Assembly: GCA_031459625.1 (NCBI GenBank)
Contig: JAVKIH010000003.1
Coordinates: 48,959 to 65,100 of the forward strand
Direction of reading: 5' to 3'
Length of the DNA stretch: 16,142 nt
Source of the DNA: Candidatus Geohabitans tengchongensis
Lineage (GTDB): Bacteria > Sysuimicrobiota > Sysuimicrobiia > Sysuimicrobiales > Humicultoraceae
Shown here: positions 1 through 7,574 of the stretch, in pieces
How the letters are laid out: the number at the start of each line of letters is the position of its first letter
Position numbering within the stretch: position 1 is the stretch's first letter
Position numbers and translations under genes: made by a program
Notes under the pieces: generated by a model
The model's input: only the letters and a program-made list of their open reading frames with translations
What the model was told of the DNA's origin: nothing
The model's database searches: none

Positions 1-2
1 CC

Positions 3-974
3 GAAGCCGAGACCCGGCTGCAGCGGGCGCTGGCGGAGAGCGGGAGCGCCACGGTGGCCGAGGCGCGGGCGCGGCGGGCCCGGCTGGGCGAGCTCGTCAG
101 GGAGCAGGCGGAGACGCGCGGCATTGTGGAGACCCACCTGGGTGGAGAAACGCTGGAGGCGCTGCGTCAGGCGCTCGTGCGCCTGCGCGCCGACGTGGAA
201 CAGCGGGAGCGGGTGCTGCGCACACCGGAGGTTCAGGCCCGGCGTCTGACCCCGCTCCAGGTACAGCGGCTGGCCTCCGACGCTGAGGCGCTCGCCGGGC
301 GGGTGGAGGAGTTGCGGCTTCGCCAGCGCGAACTGGAACGCCTCCTGGCCGAGGGCGCCCCCGACGACGAAGAGCTGGCCGTGGTGGAGGAACGCCTGGC
401 CGAGCGGCGGGAGCGGCTCCTGGCGGCCCGCCGCCGCGCCCGCGTCTGCCGGGCGGCGATTGACGGCCTGCGCGCCGCTCGCGCTCAGGCCATGATCCCG
501 GCGCGGCAGGAGGTGGAGGCGCGGGCGGGAGCGTACCTGGGCGTCCTCACCCGCGGAGCCTACCGGGAGGTGCGGCTGGAGGAACCCCCGCTGCGGGTCC
601 TGGTCCGGGTCGATCGAGCCGGGAGGTGGCTGGAGCCCGCGGAGCCGGCGTTGAGCCGTGGCACGGTCGACCAGGTCTACCTGGCCGTGCGCCTCGCCCT
701 GGTGGAGGTCCTCTCCCAGGGCCGCCGCCCGCCCCTGCTGCTCGACGACCCCTTCGGCAGTTTCGACCCGACCCGGCTGGCTGCGGCCATGACGTTGCTG
801 CGCCGGATCGCCGAGGTCCACCAGGTCGTGCTCTTCACCTGCCGACCGGAGTACGAGGCATACGGCGACACGGTGGTGCGGGTGGGAGCGGGACCGCCGG
901 GGGACGAAGCCGGTGTCGATCACCCTGCCGAGGAAGGCCCGGGTCCACTCTGGACGCCGACCGGTCCTCACTGA
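3..974 (+). CDS. 5'-partial YhaN/SbcC(Rad50)-like coiled-coil AAA/ABC-type ATPase, C-terminal part
   Basis: The frame is open from the window edge (position 3). A coiled coil rich in E/R/L/A is followed by the ABC signature LSRGTVDQVYLAVRLAL, the Walker B/D-loop PLLLDDPFGSFD and QVVLFTCR, as in YhaN-type proteins. Confidence 0.85.
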   Translation, partial: EAETRLQRALAESGSATVAEARARRARLGELVREQAETRGIVETHLGGETLEALRQALVRLRADVEQRERVLRTPEVQARRLTPLQVQRLASDAEALAGRVEELRLRQRELERLLAEGAPDDEELAVVEERLAERRERLLAARRRARVCRAAIDGLRAARAQAMIPARQEVEARAGAYLGVLTRGAYREVRLEEPPLRVLVRVDRAGRWLEPAEPALSRGTVDQVYLAVRLALVEVLSQGRRPPLLLDDPFGSFDPTRLAAAMTLLRRIAEVHQVVLFTCRPEYEAYGDTVVRVGAGPPGDEAGVDHPAEEGPGPLWTPTGPH

Positions 975-1017
975 CCGGCGGCCGGTGCATTCCGGCTCCC
1001 CTGACCACTTCTTTCAA

Positions 1018-1056
1018 TCAATGGGCGGCCCACGGGTTCAATGGGCGCCCCACGGG
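1018..1056. repeat. Tandem 19-nt direct repeat, period 20
   Basis: TCAATGGGCGGCCCACGGG (1018-1036) and TCAATGGGCGCCCCACGGG (1038-1056) match at 18/19 positions. Each contains TGGG-N3-CCCA. Confidence 0.85.
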
Positions 1057-1137
1057 CGGCGGGAGCAGACCCGTCGGAGAGCACAAACTGCGTTCAAAAG
1101 GGCGAAAATACGGGCTTGAACCCCATACTGGCGTTTC

Positions 1138-1167
1138 TTGACACCCCTTTTACGTAGAGCCTACAAT
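1138..1167 (+). promoter_or_regulatory. Sigma70/SigA-type promoter for rny
   Basis: TTGACA (1138-1143), an 18-nt spacer and TACAAT (1162-1167), in a locally AT-rich patch of GC-rich DNA. Confidence 0.8.
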
Positions 1168-1243
1168 TTTCCAAACGACGTGGAGGCACGATCTCCGAGT
1201 CACGGCAGGTGATGCGCGCGGCGTTCACGGCAGGCTAGCCAAC

Positions 1244-1270
1244 CGTCGCCCCGGCGGGCGACGTTTATAT
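1244..1270 (+). terminator. Intrinsic-terminator-like hairpin inside the rny leader
   Basis: Perfect 8-bp stem CGTCGCCC-CGGC-GGGCGACG followed by TTTATAT. The U tract is imperfect. Confidence 0.55.
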
Positions 1271-1334
1271 GTGTGCCGGCTGCAGGCCGCCAGGTCGTGG
1301 CGGTCGGCGCAGCCGGGCAAGGAGGTGACCACCC

Positions 1335-2876
1335 ATCGACCCCCTTTTGGTCGCGCTCCTGGTCCTCGGGGTGGGTGTGATCGCGTTCCTCCTTGGCTAC
1401 CTCCTGCGGAAGAACGTCGCTGAGGCGCGGATCCAGTCGGCTGAAGAGGCCGCCCGGAAGATTCTGGACGAGGCGGCCCGCGAGGCCGAGGCGAAGAAGC
1501 GGGAAGCCGTCGTCGAAGCCAAAGATGAGGCCTTCCGCCTCAAGCGGGAAGCGGAGCGGGAGATCCGCGAGCAGCGGGCCGAGCTCCAGCGCCTTGAGCG
1601 GCGTTTGGTACAGCGCGAAGAGACCCTCGAGCGCAAGGGAGAGAGCTTAGAGAAGCGCGAGAAGACCGTCGCCGAACGAGAACAGGAGCTCAACCGAGCA
1701 CGTGAGGAGATCGAAGCGCTCCGGGCCCAGCAGCAGGCCGAGCTGGAGCGCATCGCCCGTCTGACCGCCGAGGAGGCTCGCGCCGAACTGCTGCGCTCCG
1801 TCGAGGAGACGGCCCGGGCCGATGCCGCGGCCATCATCCGCCGGATCGAGTCCGCCGCCCGCGAGGAGGCGGACCGGCGGGCCCGCGAGATCGTCGCCCT
1901 GGCCGTCCAGCGGGTGGCTGCCGAGCACACCGCCGAGGTCACCGTCTCGGTGGTCCCGCTGCCCAACGACGAGATGAAGGGGCGGATCATCGGCCGCGAG
2001 GGGCGGAACATCCGCACCCTGGAGAGCCTGACGGGAGTCGACCTCATCATCGACGACACCCCGGAGGCGGTGACCATCTCCTCCTTCGACCCGGTGCGGC
2101 GGGAGATCGCCCGCCTCACCCTGGAGAAGCTCATCCAGGACGGCCGCATCCACCCCGCCCGGATCGAGGAGATGGTGGAGAAGGCCCAGCGGGAGCTGGA
2201 GCAGCGGATCAAGGAGGAAGGGGAGCGCGCGGCCTTTGAGGCCGGCGTCCACGGCCTCCACCCCGAGGAGCTGAAGCTGCTCGGGCGCCTGAAGTTCCGC
2301 CACTCCTACGGGCAGAACCTCCTCCAGCACTCCGTGGAGGTGGCCATGCTGGCGGGGGTCCTGGCCAGCTACCTGGGCGCGGATGCGGCCCTGGCCCGGC
2401 GGGCCGGGTTGCTCCACGACATCGGCAAGGCGCTCACCCACGAGGTGGACGGGACGCACAGCACGATCGGCGTGGACATCGCGCGGCGCTATCACGAGCC
2501 GCCCGAGGTGATCAACGCGATCGAGTACCACCACGGTGAGGCTGAGCCGGCGTCCGTGGAGGCGATCCTGGTCGCGGCGGCCGACGCCATCTCCGCCAGC
2601 CGGCCGGGGGCCCGCAAGGAGACCGTGGAGATGTACATCGAGCGGCTGGAGGGCCTGGAACGCCTGGCCACCTCCTTCCCGGGAGTGGAGAAGGCCTACG
2701 CCATCCAGGCCGGCCGCGAGGTCCGCGTCCTGGTGAAGCCCCAGGAGGTCGACGACCTCGAAGCCGCCCAGCTGGCCCGCGAGCTGGCGAAGAAGATCGA
2801 GTCGGACCTGGAGTACCCGGGGCAGATCAAGGTCACGGTGCTCCGGGAGACCCGGATCGTCGAGTACGCCCGCTGA
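1335..2876 (+). CDS. rny: Ribonuclease Y (probable ATC start at 1335; alternative TTG at 1347)
   Basis: N-terminal membrane anchor, coiled coil, KH motif [16 protein letters not shown] motif [21 protein letters not shown]-terminal [10 protein letters not shown] and [14 protein letters not shown]. The SD AAGGAGGTGA is at 1319-1328. Confidence 0.97.
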   Translation: MDPLLVALLVLGVGVIAFLLGYLLRKNVAEARIQSAEEAARKILDEAAREAEAKKREAVVEAKDEAFRLKREAEREIREQRAELQRLERRLVQREETLERKGESLEKREKTVAEREQELNRAREEIEALRAQQQAELERIARLTAEEARAELLRSVEETARADAAAIIRRIESAAREEADRRAREIVALAVQRVAAEHTAEVTVSVVPLPNDEMKGRIIGREGRNIRTLESLTGVDLIIDDTPEAVTISSFDPVRREIARLTLEKLIQDGRIHPARIEEMVEKAQRELEQRIKEEGERAAFEAGVHGLHPEELKLLGRLKFRHSYGQNLLQHSVEVAMLAGVLASYLGADAALARRAGLLHDIGKALTHEVDGTHSTIGVDIARRYHEPPEVINAIEYHHGEAEPASVEAILVAAADAISASRPGARKETVEMYIERLEGLERLATSFPGVEKAYAIQAGREVRVLVKPQEVDDLEAAQLARELAKKIESDLEYPGQIKVTVLRETRIVEYAR

Positions 2877-2946
2877 GTGGTGATCGCTAGCCGGCACGGT
2901 CGTGTGCCATCGCTCACCCCCTCACCGGCAGGATAGCGGACGCCGC

Positions 2947-3060
2947 TCGCCCCGGGACGAGTGTGACGCACAACTGGCCGCTTACGCCTCACGAGCGGCG
3001 CCGGACGATCCACGGGCGGAGCTGTGGCTCTCGCGGGCCGCGGGCCGTCCGGTCGGCTCG
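2947..3060 (+). pseudogene. Possible GNAT acetyltransferase remnant
   Basis: The frame of ORF 2902 reads DAQLAAYASRAAPDDPRAELWLSRAAGRPVG, resembling the GNAT beta-strand/GxPVG segment. It has no credible start and no motif A. Confidence 0.25.
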
Positions 3061-3071
3061 CCTGGAGGTCC

Positions 3072-4253
3072 TCAGCCTGCTCTGGACTGGCGCCCGTGCC
3101 AGGCGGTGATCCCCTCGAGTGCGGTCATGGCCCACCCGAACATTGCTCGGAGCGCTGTGGGATTGGCACGGACCTCGAGCCAGGATCGGGCTCGGGCGTA
3201 GAACGCCTCCAGCACTTCAGTGGTCTGAGTCGCCGGACCCACCAGGGCCACCAGTTCGGGGAGCCGGGCCGTCAGCACCGGGCCAGGGTCGCGCGTCAGG
3301 ACGATCCCCACGTCGTACAGGGCTCCCTTCAGGTAGGCGCCGGCGAGGCGGACGAGGCGGGGCAGCGCCCGGTCGGGCTTGTCGACGAAGGAACATACCA
3401 CGGAGGCCGCCCACTCCGGAAGTGCCCTCAGGTCCGCGTCCGCCCGCTGCACGTAGGGCGCGGCATCGACAGGCCCCGGTGCCGGCATGGAGCCCACCAG
3501 CACCTCATAGGTCCCGGGCCAGGGCGGCGCCCAATACTCGTGGGAGCGTTCGGCGTCCAGAAACGTGACCTGGAAGGCGCTGAGCCCGTAGGCCTCGGGG
3601 TCGAGGGCGCCGATGTGCGTCTGGAAGGCTACGGCCTGCGACCACGGTGGGGCCCGCTCAGGACCGATCCCCTGGATGAGCGCATGGACGTCGAGGTCGG
3701 AGAAGAAGGGGAGCACGTCCCCCTTGACCACCGATCCCTTGAGGAGCGCGGCCTGCAGGTGCTGCCCGAAGACCTGCCGCAGCGCCTCCGCAATGATCGC
3801 CGCAGCCTCACGGGGATCGCGCGGCCCCGGTGGGTTGCAGGATGGCTCGCGAGCCCACGCCGGGGTCTCCTCGCTGTCCAGCCCGTGCGTCTGCACCGCA
3901 CCTCGCAGGTCCTCGTAGGCGCGCCGCAGCGCCTGCCGGAGGGCCTCCCAGGCCGTGGTGTCCACGCGCTGCACCCGCCAGCTCTGTGACCAGTCGCGCC
4001 GGCTGCGGTCGCCGCGGATCCACGCTGCAGTCGCCTCCAGCGCGAAGACCTCGTGGTGGACGTGCGCGGCCACCGACGTCCCACCGACGGGGCGGGAGGC
4101 CAGGGCCGCGTCCACCCCCTCGAGCGCGCCGAGGAGCCCCGCGCCGGGCGCGTTGGTCGTGAAGTAGCTCCACCGAGGGTCGGCCGGCCCGTCGAACGCC
4201 TCGCGCAAGACGGCCAGGAGCTGCTCGAGCACTTGAGCGGCAGGGATGGCCAC
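3072..4253 (-). CDS. Fusion of a DinB/YfiT-like domain (C-terminally truncated) and a Pol-beta superfamily nucleotidyltransferase with a helical C-terminal domain
   Basis: The N-terminal part EAFDGP..WSYF..GLLGALEGVDAALASRP..SVAAHVHH..DWSQSW is DinB-like. The later LLKGSVVKGDVLPFFSDLDVHAL carries the hG[GS] and DxD NTase motifs. GAGGAGG lies about 10 nt upstream of the GTG start. Confidence 0.7.
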   Translation of the reverse strand: MAIPAAQVLEQLLAVLREAFDGPADPRWSYFTTNAPGAGLLGALEGVDAALASRPVGGTSVAAHVHHEVFALEATAAWIRGDRSRRDWSQSWRVQRVDTTAWEALRQALRRAYEDLRGAVQTHGLDSEETPAWAREPSCNPPGPRDPREAAAIIAEALRQVFGQHLQAALLKGSVVKGDVLPFFSDLDVHALIQGIGPERAPPWSQAVAFQTHIGALDPEAYGLSAFQVTFLDAERSHEYWAPPWPGTYEVLVGSMPAPGPVDAAPYVQRADADLRALPEWAASVVCSFVDKPDRALPRLVRLAGAYLKGALYDVGIVLTRDPGPVLTARLPELVALVGPATQTTEVLEAFYARARSWLEVRANPTALRAMFGWAMTALEGITAWHGRQSRAG

Positions 4254-4361
4254 TGCAACATCGCCTCCTCTCTGCGCCCGGGCGCTGCGGCTGTCCGCGA
4301 CCGCGCGGCTGGCGGGCGGCTTTCCCCGAGAGTCCCGGCCGGGCTGCGGGCGGAGCCCCCG

Positions 4362-4429
4362 GTCGGCCCCACCTCTCCTCGCCCGGACCGCTCACACCCG
4401 TCGGCCCCACCTCTCCTCACCCGGGCCGC
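4362..4429. repeat. Two 30-nt direct repeats, period 38, in a divergent intergenic region
   Basis: GTCGGCCCCACCTCTCCTCGCCCGGACCGC (4362-4391) and GTCGGCCCCACCTCTCCTCACCCGGGCCGC (4400-4429) match at 28/30 positions. Confidence 0.9.
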
Positions 4430-4460
4430 CATGGGGCATACTACCGCGGAGGAGCCCTCC

Positions 4461-5249
4461 ATGCGCGTCCTGATGATCGGCGACATCTGCGGGCGGCCGG
4501 GCCGCCGCCTCCTGCGGGCCGAGTTGCCCCGCCTGCGCCGGGAGCACGATGCCGACCTCGTCGTGGCCAACGGGGAGAACGCCGCCGGCGGCGTAGGCAT
4601 CACCGCCGAGACCGCCGAGGAGATCTTCGCCGCCGGCGTGGACGTCATCACCGGCGGCAATCACACCTGGCACGCCCGCGCCGCCTACGCCCTCCTGGAC
4701 GCGCACCCGCGCCTCCTGCGCCCGGCCAACTACCCGCCCGGAGCACCGGGGCGGGGCGTCCTCACCCTGGAGGTGGGGGGCCGGCTGGCCGCGGTGATGA
4801 ACCTGCAGGGGCGGGTCTTCATGGGCGAGCTCGACGACCCCTTCCGCGCCGCCCGCGCCCTGACGGAAGAGCTGCGCACGCAGACGCCTTTCATCGTCGT
4901 GGACTTCCACGCCGAGGTGACCTCGGAGAAGGTGGCGATGGGCTGGCACCTGGACGGGCAGGTCAGCGTCGTGGCCGGGACGCACACGCACGTCCAGACC
5001 GCCGACGAGCGCATCCTGCCGGGCGGGACGGCCTACATCACCGACCTGGGCATGACCGGGCCGCGCGACGGCATCATCGGCATGGCGCGCGAGCCCATCC
5101 TCGAACACTTCCTCACCGGGCTGCCCATGCGGTTCACAGTGGCCAAGGGCCCGGTGCAGCTCAACGGGATCGCCGTCACCCTGGACGCGGACGGCCGGGC
5201 ACGAGAGATTCGCCGCATCCAGCTCGTCCGGGAGACGGTGGAGGGGTGA
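4461..5249 (+). CDS. ymdB: YmdB-family metallophosphoesterase (2',3'-cyclic-nucleotide phosphodiesterase)
   Basis: True start is ATG 4461 after SD GGAGGAG. Motifs: IGDICGRPG, NGENAAGG, TGGNH, RPANYP, VDFHAEVTSEK, GTHTHVQTADERILP, TDLGMTGP. It lies downstream of rny, as is usual. Confidence 0.95.
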   Translation: MRVLMIGDICGRPGRRLLRAELPRLRREHDADLVVANGENAAGGVGITAETAEEIFAAGVDVITGGNHTWHARAAYALLDAHPRLLRPANYPPGAPGRGVLTLEVGGRLAAVMNLQGRVFMGELDDPFRAARALTEELRTQTPFIVVDFHAEVTSEKVAMGWHLDGQVSVVAGTHTHVQTADERILPGGTAYITDLGMTGPRDGIIGMAREPILEHFLTGLPMRFTVAKGPVQLNGIAVTLDADGRAREIRRIQLVRETVEG

Positions 5250-6145
5250 CCGGAGGGCCCGCGGCGGAGGCGCAGGGCACGGTGCGCATCGACCTGCACG
5301 TCCACACCACGGCCAGCGACGGCCTCCTCCCGCCGGCGGACGTGGTGCGCCTGGCCCGGCGGTCCGGCGTGCAGGTGCTGGCCGTGGCCGACCACGACAC
5401 CACGGAGGGGCTGGCCGCAGCCCAGGCCGCGGCGGCGGCCGAGGGCATCGAGCTCATCCCGGCGGTGGAGCTCAACACCGACGTCCCCGGTGCGGAGGTG
5501 CACGTGCTCGGCTACGGCATCGACCACCGCGTGCCGTGGTTCCAGGCCTTCCTCGTGCGCCTGCGCGACGGGCGCGTGGACCGGGCGCGGCGCATGGTGG
5601 AGAAGCTGGCCGCGCTCGGCCTGCCCATCGCCATGGAGCGGGTGCTGGCGCTGGCCGGGGAGGGGGCGGTGGGGCGGCCCCACGTGGCCCGGGCGCTCGT
5701 CGAGGCCGGGTACGTGCGCGAGACCGCGGAGGCCTTCGCCCGCTACATCGGTCGCCACGGCCCGGCCTACGTGGAGCGCCTGAAGCTCACCCCGCAGCAG
5801 GCGGTGCAGGTGATCCGCGCGGCTGGGGGAGTGCCGGTGCTGGCCCATCCCGGGTGGCTCGCCGACGACGCCGCTGTCGAGGCCCTGCTGGGAGAGGGGC
5901 TGGAGGGCCTGGAGGTCTACTACCCCGACCACACGCCTGCCATGGTCGAGACCTACCTGGCGCTGGCGCGGCGGTACGAGATGCTGGTGACGGGCGGCAC
6001 CGACTTCCACGGCGGCGACCTGGCCACCCGCGTGCCGCTGGGCAGCCAGTATGTGCCGCCCGAGGTGGTGACGCGCCTGCGCGAGCGCCTGGAGGGGCGG
6101 CGACCGCAACCCCACCCGCCGCCGATCCGGCTGGAAGCGGAGTAG
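5246..6145 (+). CDS. PHP-domain metal-dependent phosphoesterase (TrpH/YciV-like)
   Basis: DLHVHTTASDG, ADHDT, AVELNT, VHVLGY, GRPHVARAL, LAHP, GLEVYYPDH and GGTDFHG. Overlaps the ymdB stop through GTGA. Confidence 0.92.
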   Translation: MTGGPAAEAQGTVRIDLHVHTTASDGLLPPADVVRLARRSGVQVLAVADHDTTEGLAAAQAAAAAEGIELIPAVELNTDVPGAEVHVLGYGIDHRVPWFQAFLVRLRDGRVDRARRMVEKLAALGLPIAMERVLALAGEGAVGRPHVARALVEAGYVRETAEAFARYIGRHGPAYVERLKLTPQQAVQVIRAAGGVPVLAHPGWLADDAAVEALLGEGLEGLEVYYPDHTPAMVETYLALARRYEMLVTGGTDFHGGDLATRVPLGSQYVPPEVVTRLRERLEGRRPQPHPPPIRLEAE

Positions 6146-6149
6146 CCCG

Positions 6150-7568
6150 GTGAGCGCACCGGCCGACCCCCGCCTGCGCCACCTGCCGTCGGTGGACCAG
6201 CTCGTGCAGGACCTGGAGGCGCGAGGCCACGTGGACGGGGTCCCGCGGCCGGCGGCGGTGGCCTGTGTGCGCCGCGTGGTGGAGGAGGCGCGCCGACGCC
6301 TGCTCGAGGGGACGGCCCCGGCGGACTGGTCGCCCGACGCCCTGCTCGAGGAGAGCGCCGCGGCGGTGGCCCGCCTGCGCGCGCCCACGCTGGTGCGGGC
6401 GGTGAACGCCACCGGCGTCCTCATCCACACGAACCTTGGGCGGGCGCCGCTGAGCGCCGCGGCGCAGGAGGCAGTGCGGGAGACCCTGGCCGGCTACACC
6501 ATGCTGGAGCTCGACCCGTCGACCGGTGAGCGGGGCTCCCGGCAGGCGCACGTCGAGCCCCTGCTGCAGGTGGTCACCGGGGCGGAAGCCGGCCTGGTGG
6601 TGAACAACAACGCCGCGGCGGTCCTGCTGGCGCTGGCGGCGCTGGGGGCCGGGCGGGAGGCGGTGGTCTCGCGCGGCGAGCTCGTGGAGATCGGCGACGC
6701 CTTCCGCATGCCCGAGATCATGGCCCAGGCGGGCGTGCGGCTGGTGGAGGTGGGCACGACCAACCGCACCTACCTCCGCGACTACGAGCGGGCGGTGGGC
6801 CCCGCCACGGGCCTGCTCCTCAAGGTGCACCGCAGCAACTTCGCCCTGCGCGGCTTCGTCCACGAGACCTCCGTGGCGGAGCTGGTGGCGTTCGGCCGGG
6901 CCCGCGGGCTGCCCGTGGTGGTCGACCTGGGCAGCGGGGCGCTCGTGGACCTGCGCACGCGCGGGCTCCCGCCCGAACCGATGGTGCAGGAGACGGTGGC
7001 CGCCGGCGCCGACCTCGTCACCTTCAGCGGGGACAAGCTGCTGGGCGGGCCGCAGGCAGGCATCCTGGTGGGCCGCCGCCAGGCCGTGGACGTCTGCCGC
7101 CGCCATCCCCTGGCGCGGGCGGTGCGCATCGATCGCCTCGACCTGGCCGCGCTGGCGGCCACCCTGCGTCACTACCTCGACCCGGAGCGGGCCTGGGAGG
7201 AGGTCCCGGTCCTGCGCATGCTGGGCGCGGACCTGAAGGAGGTCATGGACCGGGCGCTGTGGCTGGCCCGCCACCTGCGCGAGCGCCTCGACCGGGCCGC
7301 CCAGGTCACGGTGGTCGCCTCCACGTGCCAGACGGGGGGCGGGGCGCTGCCGGACGTGGCGATCCCGTCGGCGGCCGTCCTGGTCCAGCCGCGCGACGGC
7401 CGGGCCGCGGCGTGGGCGGCGCGCCTGCGGGCGCACCGTCCGCCCGTCATCGTGCGGGTCCAGGACGACGCCCTCCGCCTCGACGCCCGCACGCTCCTCC
7501 CCGAGGACCTGGAGGCGGTGCTGGCCGCCTTCGCCACGCTGGCCCCCGGTCCGGGACGGGAGACCTGA
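6150..7568 (+). CDS. selA: L-seryl-tRNA(Sec) selenium transferase (selenocysteine synthase)
   Basis: [67 protein letters not shown] and the PLP-lysine motif [13 protein letters not shown]. Confidence 0.97.
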   Translation: MSAPADPRLRHLPSVDQLVQDLEARGHVDGVPRPAAVACVRRVVEEARRRLLEGTAPADWSPDALLEESAAAVARLRAPTLVRAVNATGVLIHTNLGRAPLSAAAQEAVRETLAGYTMLELDPSTGERGSRQAHVEPLLQVVTGAEAGLVVNNNAAAVLLALAALGAGREAVVSRGELVEIGDAFRMPEIMAQAGVRLVEVGTTNRTYLRDYERAVGPATGLLLKVHRSNFALRGFVHETSVAELVAFGRARGLPVVVDLGSGALVDLRTRGLPPEPMVQETVAAGADLVTFSGDKLLGGPQAGILVGRRQAVDVCRRHPLARAVRIDRLDLAALAATLRHYLDPERAWEEVPVLRMLGADLKEVMDRALWLARHLRERLDRAAQVTVVASTCQTGGGALPDVAIPSAAVLVQPRDGRAAAWAARLRAHRPPVIVRVQDDALRLDARTLLPEDLEAVLAAFATLAPGPGRET

Positions 7569-7574
7569 CCCAGC

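Noticed and set aside
1647..2897. 416-aa antisense ORF over rny
   Set aside because: Shadow ORF from high GC3 codon bias opposite a well-supported gene; no motifs.
2874..2909. rny UGA stop followed about 16 nt later by a small hairpin (GGCAC-GGTCGT-GTGCC), superficially SECIS-like
   Set aside because: EYAR is the normal RNase Y C-terminus, read-through would add only a short featureless tail, and such hairpins are common in GC-rich DNA.
4362..4429. 30-nt repeats as a mini CRISPR array
   Set aside because: Only two copies, an 8-nt spacer and no cas genes.
4053..4460. N-terminal extension of the 398-aa ORF containing ymdB
   Set aside because: It overlaps the opposite-strand gene and the intergenic repeats. 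YmdB homology and the SD point to ATG 4461.
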